A DNA stretch of 32,000 nucleotides. Origin: Propionibacterium ruminifibrarum. Its GTDB lineage: Bacteria; Actinomycetota; Actinomycetes; Propionibacteriales; Propionibacteriaceae. Position numbers and translations under genes: made by a program. Position 1 is the stretch's first letter. Every line of letters begins with the position of its first letter. The notes under the pieces were generated by a model. It was given only the letters and a program-made list of their open reading frames with translations. It was not told the DNA's origin and searched no databases. The stretch is from the NCBI RefSeq assembly GCF_900289195.1, contig NZ_OMOH01000007.1, forward strand, positions 30,001 through 62,000. Direction: 5' to 3'. Positions 7,208 through 14,355 of this stretch are shown here, piece after piece.

Positions 7208-9178
7208 TCAGTGGCGCTTGCCGTGCAGGCCCATCGCCGTGCCGACCGTCACCATGACGACCCCGGCGCCCATGACCAGCGCGGAGCTCTCGGCACTGAT
7301 CAGCGGGATGGTCCCGCCGGAGGGCTCTTCCTGGGTCGACTCGGCCGCGGGGCCGCCTGAGGCGGATGCGTCGGGGTCGGGGGACGCGCCCGGGGACGGA
7401 GCACTGCTGGCCGAAGGCGACGGTGACGGGGTGTCCGAGCCCTGGATGTTCGAGAACACGACGCCATCGGGATCGGTGATGATCGTCGCCACCGGGTTGG
7501 TGCCCGATTCGTCGGCGCTCACGCGCACCTCGACATGCTCGGTGTGCGTGTCGTAGGTGATCTGGTCCCTGGTGACGGTGCCGTCGTCCCCGGCGTCCCC
7601 GGCGCCGTCGGGGACGACCTCGACGATCGTGTACTCGGTGCTCGAACCGATGCTGTCGTGGTCGAACTGGGGCGGGGTGAAGGCGAACGAGCCGTCGGCG
7701 AGGTTGGTCGTCGTGGCGACCAGGTCGCCGGACGCGTCAGTCATCTGGAAGGTGAACTGGCCTTCCTGCAGCTCACCGCCCTCAAGCGTCGTCGTGCCCG
7801 TGATGGTGGCGCTGGCGCTGGCCGTCACGGCGACCTCGACGGTCACGGCGGCCTCGTAGCCGCCGGATCCGTAGTAGGCGCGGGGCGCGTAGTAGTAGGT
7901 GGCCTGGTAGACCCCGGGCGTGGCCGTGTCGACGTTGGTCTCGACGCGCACGTCGGAGCTGTCGACGCCGACGTCCGATCCGGCGTGGTCATGGATCCAG
8001 CCCAGATTGTCCGCGGGAGACCACGAGGCGCCGAGCGGTACCGTGCTGCTCACGGCGCTGATCACCTGGCGCACCTGCACCGTGGCGCCGTTGCTGGTTG
8101 CGTCGGTGAAGTGAAGGACGTCGCTCGCATAGGTGTACGAGGCGGCCAGGCCGTCGCTCGTGCTCTCGTCGGGCTCGACTTGCCATCCGGCGTCGCGGAT
8201 GGCCGACTTAACCCGGGCGAGGTCGAGCGAGACCGTCCCGCCGGTGAAGAGCCTGTCGTCGGCGCTGGCGGCATGGGCGTCAGAGGCGTCGTCCGTCGCG
8301 ATGTTCGAAACCGTCAGGTCAGAGGCCTGCATCGTGGGCATGAGGGACTGGATGGCATCGGGCGCGTTGGAGGACGCCCGGTACTGGCCCGTGCTGGTGA
8401 GGGGACTGGTGCCCTCGGCGTCGGTCACGCGGCGGGCGAAACGGATGCGTGTCGACGCATCGGCGCCGGCGGGGGAGAGGACCCTCTCGTCGATGCCGAC
8501 CCACGAGACGCGAGTGAGGTCAAGTTCATCCTGGTTGGCCAGTGACAGGGGGATGGTCAGCGTGAACGTCTCCCCGGGGGAGAGGGTGCCGGTGAATTCG
8601 AGTGCCTGAAGCGCAGACCAGTCGCCACCGGTCGAGGCCGACCATTCGTCGTAGGGACTGAACGACTCGGTGGACGAGCCATAGGCGATCTCGACGCCGG
8701 TGGTGTCTGAGTCCGGGCTCAGGCCATCCTTGCCGGTTCCGAGCCGTGCGGCGTCGACGAGGAGCCGGGGGGCTCCAGTCTCGGCCGGGTACGAGGACGG
8801 CAGGGCCACGGCCACATCGAGGTCGTCGATCGGCTCGTCGCCGGTGTTCGACAGCTCGACCACGGCGTTGAGGTCGACGAACTCGTCGATGTCGACGATC
8901 GACAGGGCCGGTGAGGAACCGGCTGCCGCGGAGCGGTTGGACTCCGCGATGCCGCCGCCGCGGTTCGACGCGGTGAAGTACGTGGTGTGCGTCAGGGAGC
9001 CATCGGTGAGTGCGGCGGTCGTGGTGTCCGTGCCGGTGTAAATGGCAGTGGTGGGATCAGCCATGGCGGCCGGCGTGCTCACCCCGAGCAGGCACGTGAG
9101 TACCGTGATGGCGGCGATGCCGGCACGCGCGGCCCAGGAGCGGGCGAGCGCTGCGAGCCGGCGACCAGTCGAGCTCAT
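7208..9178 (-). CDS. Secreted, C-terminally anchored acidic surface protein with Ig-like and pilin-isopeptide-type (FctA/Spy0128-like) domains
   Basis: Signal peptide MSSTGRRLAALARSWAARAGIAAITVLTCLLGVSTPAAMA/DP. A Big/DUF5011-like segment reads VETNVDTATPGVYQATYYY. The pilin-type domain is LEGGELQEGQFTFQMTDASGDLVATTTNLADGSFAF...YTIVEVV...ITYDTHTEHVEVRVS...VVFSNIQ (nt 7442-7810). A Pro/Ser linker, a TM helix and a KRH tail follow. The start could also be GTG 9217. Confidence 0.8.
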   Translation of the reverse strand: MSSTGRRLAALARSWAARAGIAAITVLTCLLGVSTPAAMADPTTAIYTGTDTTTAALTDGSLTHTTYFTASNRGGGIAESNRSAAAGSSPALSIVDIDEFVDLNAVVELSNTGDEPIDDLDVAVALPSSYPAETGAPRLLVDAARLGTGKDGLSPDSDTTGVEIAYGSSTESFSPYDEWSASTGGDWSALQALEFTGTLSPGETFTLTIPLSLANQDELDLTRVSWVGIDERVLSPAGADASTRIRFARRVTDAEGTSPLTSTGQYRASSNAPDAIQSLMPTMQASDLTVSNIATDDASDAHAASADDRLFTGGTVSLDLARVKSAIRDAGWQVEPDESTSDGLAASYTYASDVLHFTDATSNGATVQVRQVISAVSSTVPLGASWSPADNLGWIHDHAGSDVGVDSSDVRVETNVDTATPGVYQATYYYAPRAYYGSGGYEAAVTVEVAVTASASATITGTTTLEGGELQEGQFTFQMTDASGDLVATTTNLADGSFAFTPPQFDHDSIGSSTEYTIVEVVPDGAGDAGDDGTVTRDQITYDTHTEHVEVRVSADESGTNPVATIITDPDGVVFSNIQGSDTPSPSPSASSAPSPGASPDPDASASGGPAAESTQEEPSGGTIPLISAESSALVMGAGVVMVTVGTAMGLHGKRH

Positions 9179-9370
9179 AGAATCCGCCAATCGATACTCC
9201 GGTGAAATGATCCGCACAGGATCTTATCAATGACCCTGAGAAAAATTAAGGGTGTCCATGGCTCGGAGCCGGGGGACTCCCTGGCCGGGAGGGGCAGTCT
9301 GGGGATGGTGCACCAGGGTGTTCCCCTCATTCGATCCCGAGAGGTTGCGTGGGGCCGACGGTGCGCCGGG

Positions 9371-10477
9371 TCACTCACGGCCAGTCGACATCGCGCGGGT
9401 GCCGACGTCTGCGGGCAGCGCGGCCACCGCTGCGGCCAGGGAGTCGACCTCATGGTCACGGGTGCTCCAGCTGGTGCAGAAGCGGACACAGTGGTGGTCC
9501 TCGTCCACCCGCTGCCAGTACTCGAAACCGAAGCCTTCGGACAGGGCCTCCAGCTGTGCCGAGGTGAGGACGACGAACTGCTGATTGGTCGGGCTGTCCA
9601 GGAATGCCGGGACGCCCGCCTCGGCGAAGACCCGCGCGATGCGCAGGGCCCTGGCGTCGGCCTCGGCCCCGATCCGCCGGTAGAGGCCATCGGTGAAAAG
9701 CGCCTCGAACTGAAGGCCCAGCAGCCAGCCCTTGGCCAGCATGGCGCCGTTCTGCTTCATCTGGTTGCGGAAACCGGTGCGCATGGCCGGGTTGACGAGC
9801 ACGGCTGCCTCGCCGAACAGGGCCCCGCACTTGGTGCCGCCGATCGTGAAGACGTCGGCCAGGGCCGCCATGTCGGCCATGGCGACGTCATTGCCCGGCG
9901 AGCCGAGCCCGTAGGCCAGCCGGGCGCCGTCGATGAACAGGAGCAGTCCGTGCTCGTGAGCGGTCCGCGAGATCGCGGCCAGTTCGTCCCTGGAGTAGAG
10001 GGTCCCGAACTCGGTGGGCTGTGACAGGTACACCAACGCCGGCTGGGTGATGTGCTCGGCGACGGTGCTCTCCTGGGAGTCGAGTGCGGCGCGTTCTACC
10101 TGGGCGGCGCTCAGCTTGCCGTCGACCCCGGGAACGACCTCGACCTTGTGGCCGGTGTGTTCGACGGCCCCCGCCTCGTGCTGGGCGATGTGGCCGGTGT
10201 CGGCGCTGAGAACGCTCTGCCAGGGGCGCAGCGCGGCTGCGATGATCGTGTAGTTCACCTGGGTGCCGCCCACCAGGAAGTGGACATCGGCGTCGGCCCC
10301 GCCCAGCGCGGCCCGGATCAGGCCGGCTGCGCGGGCGCAGATCTCGTCGGCGCCGTAACCGGGGAAACTCGACTCGTTGGCGTCGGCGATCGCCTGCAGG
10401 ACCGCGGGGTGGGCACCGCGGTTGTAGTCATTGGTGAACAGGATCAACGCGCACCCCCGTATCGGCGGCCGCCTCAT
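9371..10477 (-). CDS. Threonine aldolase / beta-eliminating lyase family PLP-dependent enzyme
   Basis: Key segments are LFTNDYNRGAHPAVLQAIADANESSFPGYGADE, FLVGGTQVNY and the PLP lysine context FTIGGTKCGALFGEA. The start is uncertain: ATG 10477 was chosen, and TTG 10447 (LILFTNDY) would give a more typical length. Confidence 0.8.
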   Translation of the reverse strand: MRRPPIRGCALILFTNDYNRGAHPAVLQAIADANESSFPGYGADEICARAAGLIRAALGGADADVHFLVGGTQVNYTIIAAALRPWQSVLSADTGHIAQHEAGAVEHTGHKVEVVPGVDGKLSAAQVERAALDSQESTVAEHITQPALVYLSQPTEFGTLYSRDELAAISRTAHEHGLLLFIDGARLAYGLGSPGNDVAMADMAALADVFTIGGTKCGALFGEAAVLVNPAMRTGFRNQMKQNGAMLAKGWLLGLQFEALFTDGLYRRIGAEADARALRIARVFAEAGVPAFLDSPTNQQFVVLTSAQLEALSEGFGFEYWQRVDEDHHCVRFCTSWSTRDHEVDSLAAAVAALPADVGTRAMSTGRE

Positions 10478-10784
10478 CGTCGCGACCTGACACGATAGTG
10501 CACCGGCTCGTGGGCTCCTCCGACTGTCCATCGTCGGGGCGTCCGGCACGTCCTGCCGCCCGAACTGCGGACAGGGTCTTGTGCTCGGCCGCCGTCACCG
10601 AATATGTCTGCCTGAGGCACCGATCCCGTCACTCATCGAGACACGGGCCGGGCAGGCGGTTCTGACGATTCTGTCGCCGGACGGTGTGCGATGATGCGCG
10701 CGGCGCCCGGAAGGACGCCGGAGGTGCCAGTGGCACAGTGTGAATGATGATCCCGCGAACCCTCCGCGGAGACAGGAGTTCTTC

Positions 10785-11561
10785 ATGGACAGGAATTACT
10801 TCGACCTGGATGGGCGCGTTGCGCTCGTCACCGGCTGCTCGACCGGTCTCGGAGTTCAGATGGCCGAGGCCCTCGCTGCGGCCGGGGCGAAGATCGTCCC
10901 CGTGGCCCGGCGTACCGAACTCATCAACTCCGTCGCCAAGCAGATCTCCGACGAGTTCGGTGTCGAGACCCTGCCGATCCGCTGCGACATCACCAGCACC
11001 GACGAGGTCGACGCCGTGGTCGACAAGGTGTTGGAGCACTTCGGGCGGATCGACGTCCTCGTCAACAATGCCGGCACCGGTGCCATCGGTAACGCCGAGG
11101 ACATCACCGACGAGCAGTTCGCCCATGAGCTCGAGGTCGACCTGTTCGGCACCTTCCGCGTGGCCCGCGCCGTGGCGAAGAAGGCGATGATCCCGGCCGG
11201 CTACGGTCGCGTCATCAACATCGCCTCGATGTACGGTCTGGTGGGCAACATGGTCGCCGGTTCGGCCCCCTACCACGCCGCCAAGGGCGGTGTGGTCAAC
11301 CTGACGAGGGCCCTCGCCGCCGAGTGGGGCAGGCACGGCATCACCGTGAACGCGATCTGCCCCGGCTACTTCTACACCGACCTGACCACGGAGACGCTCG
11401 ACAGCGACTTCTTCCAGGAGCACGCCAAGGTCACCATCCCGGCCCAGCGCTACGGGCAGTCCGGGGAGCTCGACACGGCGGCGCTCTTCCTCGCCTCACC
11501 GGCCTCTAGCTACGTCAATGGCACGGCCATCCCGGTCGACGGGGGATACACCGCGATCTGA
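10785..11561 (+). CDS. SDR family oxidoreductase (gluconate-5-dehydrogenase/KduD-like)
   Basis: ATG 10785 has AGGAG 7 nt upstream. Motifs present are TGCSTGLG (TGxxxGxG), NNAG, and a catalytic Ser with YHAAK (258 aa). Confidence 0.9.
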   Translation: MDRNYFDLDGRVALVTGCSTGLGVQMAEALAAAGAKIVPVARRTELINSVAKQISDEFGVETLPIRCDITSTDEVDAVVDKVLEHFGRIDVLVNNAGTGAIGNAEDITDEQFAHELEVDLFGTFRVARAVAKKAMIPAGYGRVINIASMYGLVGNMVAGSAPYHAAKGGVVNLTRALAAEWGRHGITVNAICPGYFYTDLTTETLDSDFFQEHAKVTIPAQRYGQSGELDTAALFLASPASSYVNGTAIPVDGGYTAI

Positions 11562-11570
11562 GCTCGCATC

Positions 11571-11611
11571 GGGTCACCGTGACCGGGACCCATGACCGGT
11601 CACGGTGACCC
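11571..11611. repeat. 16-bp perfect inverted repeat built from three tandem 13-nt units (GGTCACCGTGACC / GGGACCCATGACC / GGTCACGGTGACC)
   Basis: GGGTCACCGTGACCGG-gacccatga-CCGGTCACGGTGACCC, 10 nt after the SDR stop and 62 nt before the acetyltransferase ATG. Each outer unit is itself a palindrome (GGTCAC-N-GTGACC). No U-tract follows. It could be a terminator hairpin, tandem operators, or both. Confidence 0.7.
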
Positions 11612-11672
11612 GCGATCGGGTGACGGGCCATGGTGGGGCGAATCATCGTGGCGTATGGGCAAGGAACGTGAG

Positions 11673-12257
11673 ATGACGGAACTGGAGAAACTGGACGCCG
11701 GGCAGGAGTACGACTTCCTCGACGCGGAGGTGGCCGCGCGCAAGGAGAACGCCCTGCGCCTGTGCCAGGAACTCGAGCGGGTGGACGCCGCTGACTTCCC
11801 GGCCCAGGAGGTCGTCGCCAAGAGGCTGCTCGGCTCCACCGGGGAGCACGTCTACCTGCAGCCGGGGTTCCGGTGCGACAACGGCCAGAACATCCACGTC
11901 GGCGAGGCCTTCCTCACCAACTACAACGTGACGATTCTTGACATCATGCCGGTGCACATCGGCGACTACTGCATGATCGGTCCCGGCACGACGATCTCCA
12001 CCGTCGGCCATCCGCTCTCGCCGGCCGGCCGCCGCGCGCACCTGGCCAAGGGCGAGCCGGTGACGATTGGCGACGACGTGTGGATGGGCGCCAACGTGGC
12101 CGTGATGCCCGGCGTCACGATCGGATCCAACGTGGTCATCGCTGCCGGGGCCGTCGTCACGAAGGACGTCCCCGACAACGTGATCGTGGCCGGGGTGCCC
12201 GCCCGAGTCGTCCGCGCCATCGACGACGACGTCGACACCAGGGGCACGGCACGATGA
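11673..12257 (+). CDS. Sugar O-acetyltransferase (Maa/LacA-like, hexapeptide-repeat)
   Basis: ATG 11673 follows an AAGGAA RBS. The protein reads MTELEKLDAGQEYDFLDAEVAARKENALRLCQELE...IGDDVWMGANVAVMPGVTIGSNVVIAAGAVVTKDVPDNVIVAGVPARV. This is a Mac N-terminal domain followed by left-handed beta-helix repeats (194 aa). Confidence 0.88.
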   Translation: MTELEKLDAGQEYDFLDAEVAARKENALRLCQELERVDAADFPAQEVVAKRLLGSTGEHVYLQPGFRCDNGQNIHVGEAFLTNYNVTILDIMPVHIGDYCMIGPGTTISTVGHPLSPAGRRAHLAKGEPVTIGDDVWMGANVAVMPGVTIGSNVVIAAGAVVTKDVPDNVIVAGVPARVVRAIDDDVDTRGTAR

Positions 12258-13015
12258 GCACCGGCCGGCGGGCGCTGGAGCTCTGCTTCGAACGCGACGG
12301 GCTGCGCATCCGCGGCGAACTCCACCTGCCCGCCGGCGACGGCCCGTTCCCGGCCACCATCTGCAGCCACGGCTTCGGGGCGACCAGCGCCACCGTCGAA
12401 CCCTATGCACGCTTCCTCGCCGAGCACGGCGTGGCCGGCTACCGGTTCGACTTCTGCGGCGGATCCAGTCACAGCCGCAGCGACGGGAGCCTGAGCGACC
12501 AGTCGGTGCTCACCGAGGCCGCCGACCTCGAGGCCGTTCTCGACGGGATCAGGGCCCAGCCGCTCGTCCGGCCCGACGAGGTCTTCCTACTGGGAGCCAG
12601 CCAGGGAGGGTACGTCTCGGGCATCGTCGCCGCGCGGCACCCGTCCGCGGTGCGGGGGCTGGTCATGCTCTACCCGGCGCTGGTCATCCCCGACGACGCC
12701 CACGAGCGATACGCGAGCCCGGACGACGTGCCCGAGCGCCCCGTGCTGTTCGGCGTGCCGATCGGGCGGCGCTACTACACGGACGCCTGGGGCCTCGACC
12801 CCGACCGGGACCTGGCCGGCTACGAGGGAGAGGTCCTCATCGTCCACGGCGAGCAGGACGAGACCGTCCCGCTCCGGTACTCCGAGCGGGCGGCCGGTCG
12901 CTACCCCCGGGCCCGGCTGGTGTCGATCCCCGGGGCCGGCCACGGCTTCCACGGCGAGGCGCTGAGCACGGCCGAGCGGGCGATCCTCGACCTGGTCGTC
13001 ACGGCGCTGGGCTGA
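12254..13015 (+). CDS. Alpha/beta hydrolase (Ser-Asp-His esterase/peptidase-like)
   Basis: The ATG at 12254 overlaps the acetyltransferase TGA (ATGA). The nucleophile elbow is GASQGG, with Asp in HGEQDETVP and His in GAGHGF (253 aa). Confidence 0.85.
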   Translation: MSTGRRALELCFERDGLRIRGELHLPAGDGPFPATICSHGFGATSATVEPYARFLAEHGVAGYRFDFCGGSSHSRSDGSLSDQSVLTEAADLEAVLDGIRAQPLVRPDEVFLLGASQGGYVSGIVAARHPSAVRGLVMLYPALVIPDDAHERYASPDDVPERPVLFGVPIGRRYYTDAWGLDPDRDLAGYEGEVLIVHGEQDETVPLRYSERAAGRYPRARLVSIPGAGHGFHGEALSTAERAILDLVVTALG

Positions 13016-13169
13016 CTGCCCGGCGGGGGAGGGACGTGCCGGCCCGGGCCTCTCCCGGTGTGTTCCCGGGCGCTGCCGCCGGGCGCAGGGTCACCCACTA
13101 CTTGAGGGTGTGCGCACCGTCGCCCGGCGCCGCTACTCTGGGCCCAGGAGCGTCACGAGGAGCCAATTG

Positions 13170-14060
13170 ATGACATCGGAGAATCTACCCGGACTGGATG
13201 AGGCAGCCGACCAGGCCGAGGAGTTCGATGCGATGGGCCGGCCCATGCCGGAACTCGTCGTGCCCGAGCAGCCCGATGGTCCGGGCAGGGCGACGGTCAT
13301 CGCCCTGTGCAACCAGAAGGGCGGCGTCGGCAAGACCACGACGACGATCAACCTCGGTGCCGCACTGACCGAGCTGGGCCGCACGGTGCTGCTCGTCGAC
13401 TTCGACCCCCAGGGCTCTGCCTCCCTCGGCCTCGGCGTGCACCCGCACACCCTCGACAAGAGCATCTACAACCTGCTGCTGAGCGACCAGGACACCTTCG
13501 ACGACGTCGTCCTGCCCACCAATGTCCCCGGCATGGACCTCATGCCCGCCAACATCGACCTGTCGGCCGCCGAGGTGCAGCTCGTCGGCGAGGTGGCCCG
13601 CGAGCAGACCCTCAAACGTGTCCTCGACCCGGTGCGCGACCGCTACGACTTCATCCTCATCGACTGCGCCCCCTCCCTGGGCCTGCTCACCATCAACGCG
13701 CTGACCGCCTCCGACCGCGTCATCATCCCGCTCGAGTGCGAGTACTTCGCCCTGCGCGGCGTCGCCCTGCTGTCCGACACCATCAACAAGGTCATCGACC
13801 GGCTCAACCCCGACCTGCGGGTGCTCGGCGTCCTGGCCACCATGTTCGACAGCCGCACCGTGCACACCCGAGAGGTGCTCGACCGGGTCCTGGAGGTCTT
13901 CGGCGATGACGTCTTCCACACCGTCATCCGGCGCACGATCCGGTTCCCCGAGACCACTGTTGCCGGCGAACCCATCACCACCTACGCCTCGAGCTCACCG
14001 GGCGCAGCCGCGTACCGCACGCTCGCCAAGGAGGTGCTGGTCCGGTGCCACGAAGGGTGA
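13170..14060 (+). CDS. ParA/Soj-family ATPase (orphan paralog of the type found upstream of scpAB in actinobacteria, PldP-like)
   Basis: ATG 13170 has GAGGAG upstream. The deviant Walker A is CNQKGGVGKTTTTINL, followed by LLVDFDPQGS and ILIDCAPSLG. It has a ~40-aa acidic N-terminal extension (296 aa). Confidence 0.9.
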   Translation: MTSENLPGLDEAADQAEEFDAMGRPMPELVVPEQPDGPGRATVIALCNQKGGVGKTTTTINLGAALTELGRTVLLVDFDPQGSASLGLGVHPHTLDKSIYNLLLSDQDTFDDVVLPTNVPGMDLMPANIDLSAAEVQLVGEVAREQTLKRVLDPVRDRYDFILIDCAPSLGLLTINALTASDRVIIPLECEYFALRGVALLSDTINKVIDRLNPDLRVLGVLATMFDSRTVHTREVLDRVLEVFGDDVFHTVIRRTIRFPETTVAGEPITTYASSSPGAAAYRTLAKEVLVRCHEG

Positions 14061-14353
14061 GCCTGCCCGGGGCGGAGGAGTTCTTCCGCCCCACCCAGGG
14101 GGCCGCCTCATCCCGCGCCACGCCCGAGGAGACCTCAGGCACGAGCGGGCGCGTGCGCCACGACGAGAAGATCACCATCTATCTGTCCGGCGCCGAACTC
14201 CTCGAACTGGAACAGGCCCGGCTGAGCCTGCGCGCCCAGTACGGGGCCGCGGCGGACCGGGGCCGTGTCGTCCGCGAGGCCATCGCCATCACACTGGCCG
14301 ACCTCGCCGAGAACGGCGAGAACTCCCAGCTGGTCAAGCGGTTGAAGGGCTGA
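14045..14353 (+). CDS. Small hypothetical protein with a ribbon-helix-helix-like C-terminal half (102 aa)
   Basis: The GTG start at 14045 lies 11 nt after AAGGAGG inside the parA 3' end and overlaps parA by 16 nt. It stops 2 nt before the scpA ATG. GC3 is high throughout. EKITIYLSGAELLELEQARLSLRAQYGAAADRGRVVREAIAITLADL matches the beta-strand/helix/helix layout of CopG, ParG and omega. Confidence 0.6.
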   Translation: MPRRVSLPGAEEFFRPTQGAASSRATPEETSGTSGRVRHDEKITIYLSGAELLELEQARLSLRAQYGAAADRGRVVREAIAITLADLAENGENSQLVKRLKG

Positions 14354-14355
14354 GG

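Noticed and set aside
7211-7441. Canonical sortase (LPXTG/LAXTG) sorting signal, lipobox or Tat signal calls for the surface protein
   Set aside because: There is no LPXTG or LAXTG anywhere near the C-terminal helix. The N-terminal VLTC is a poor lipobox and is followed by a good AMA/D signal-peptidase-I site. GRRLAAL is only loosely Tat-like. I describe the protein generically instead.
10478-10740. Glycine riboswitch upstream of the threonine-aldolase-family gene
   Set aside because: Only a CUCAGGCAGA-like fragment is present. The conserved GGAGAG and CGCCGAAGGxGCAA cores of the glycine aptamer are not found on either strand, so there is no support for this class without a covariance-model scan.
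13906-14355. 150-codon upstream extension of the scpA reading frame (track ORF 13906-15279)
   Set aside because: The extension is Arg/Pro-rich and overlaps the parA 3' end and the small RHH-like ORF. ScpA homology begins right after the ATG at 14356. The same reasoning applies to the 19715-20065 extension of pafB, which is antisense to gluQ.
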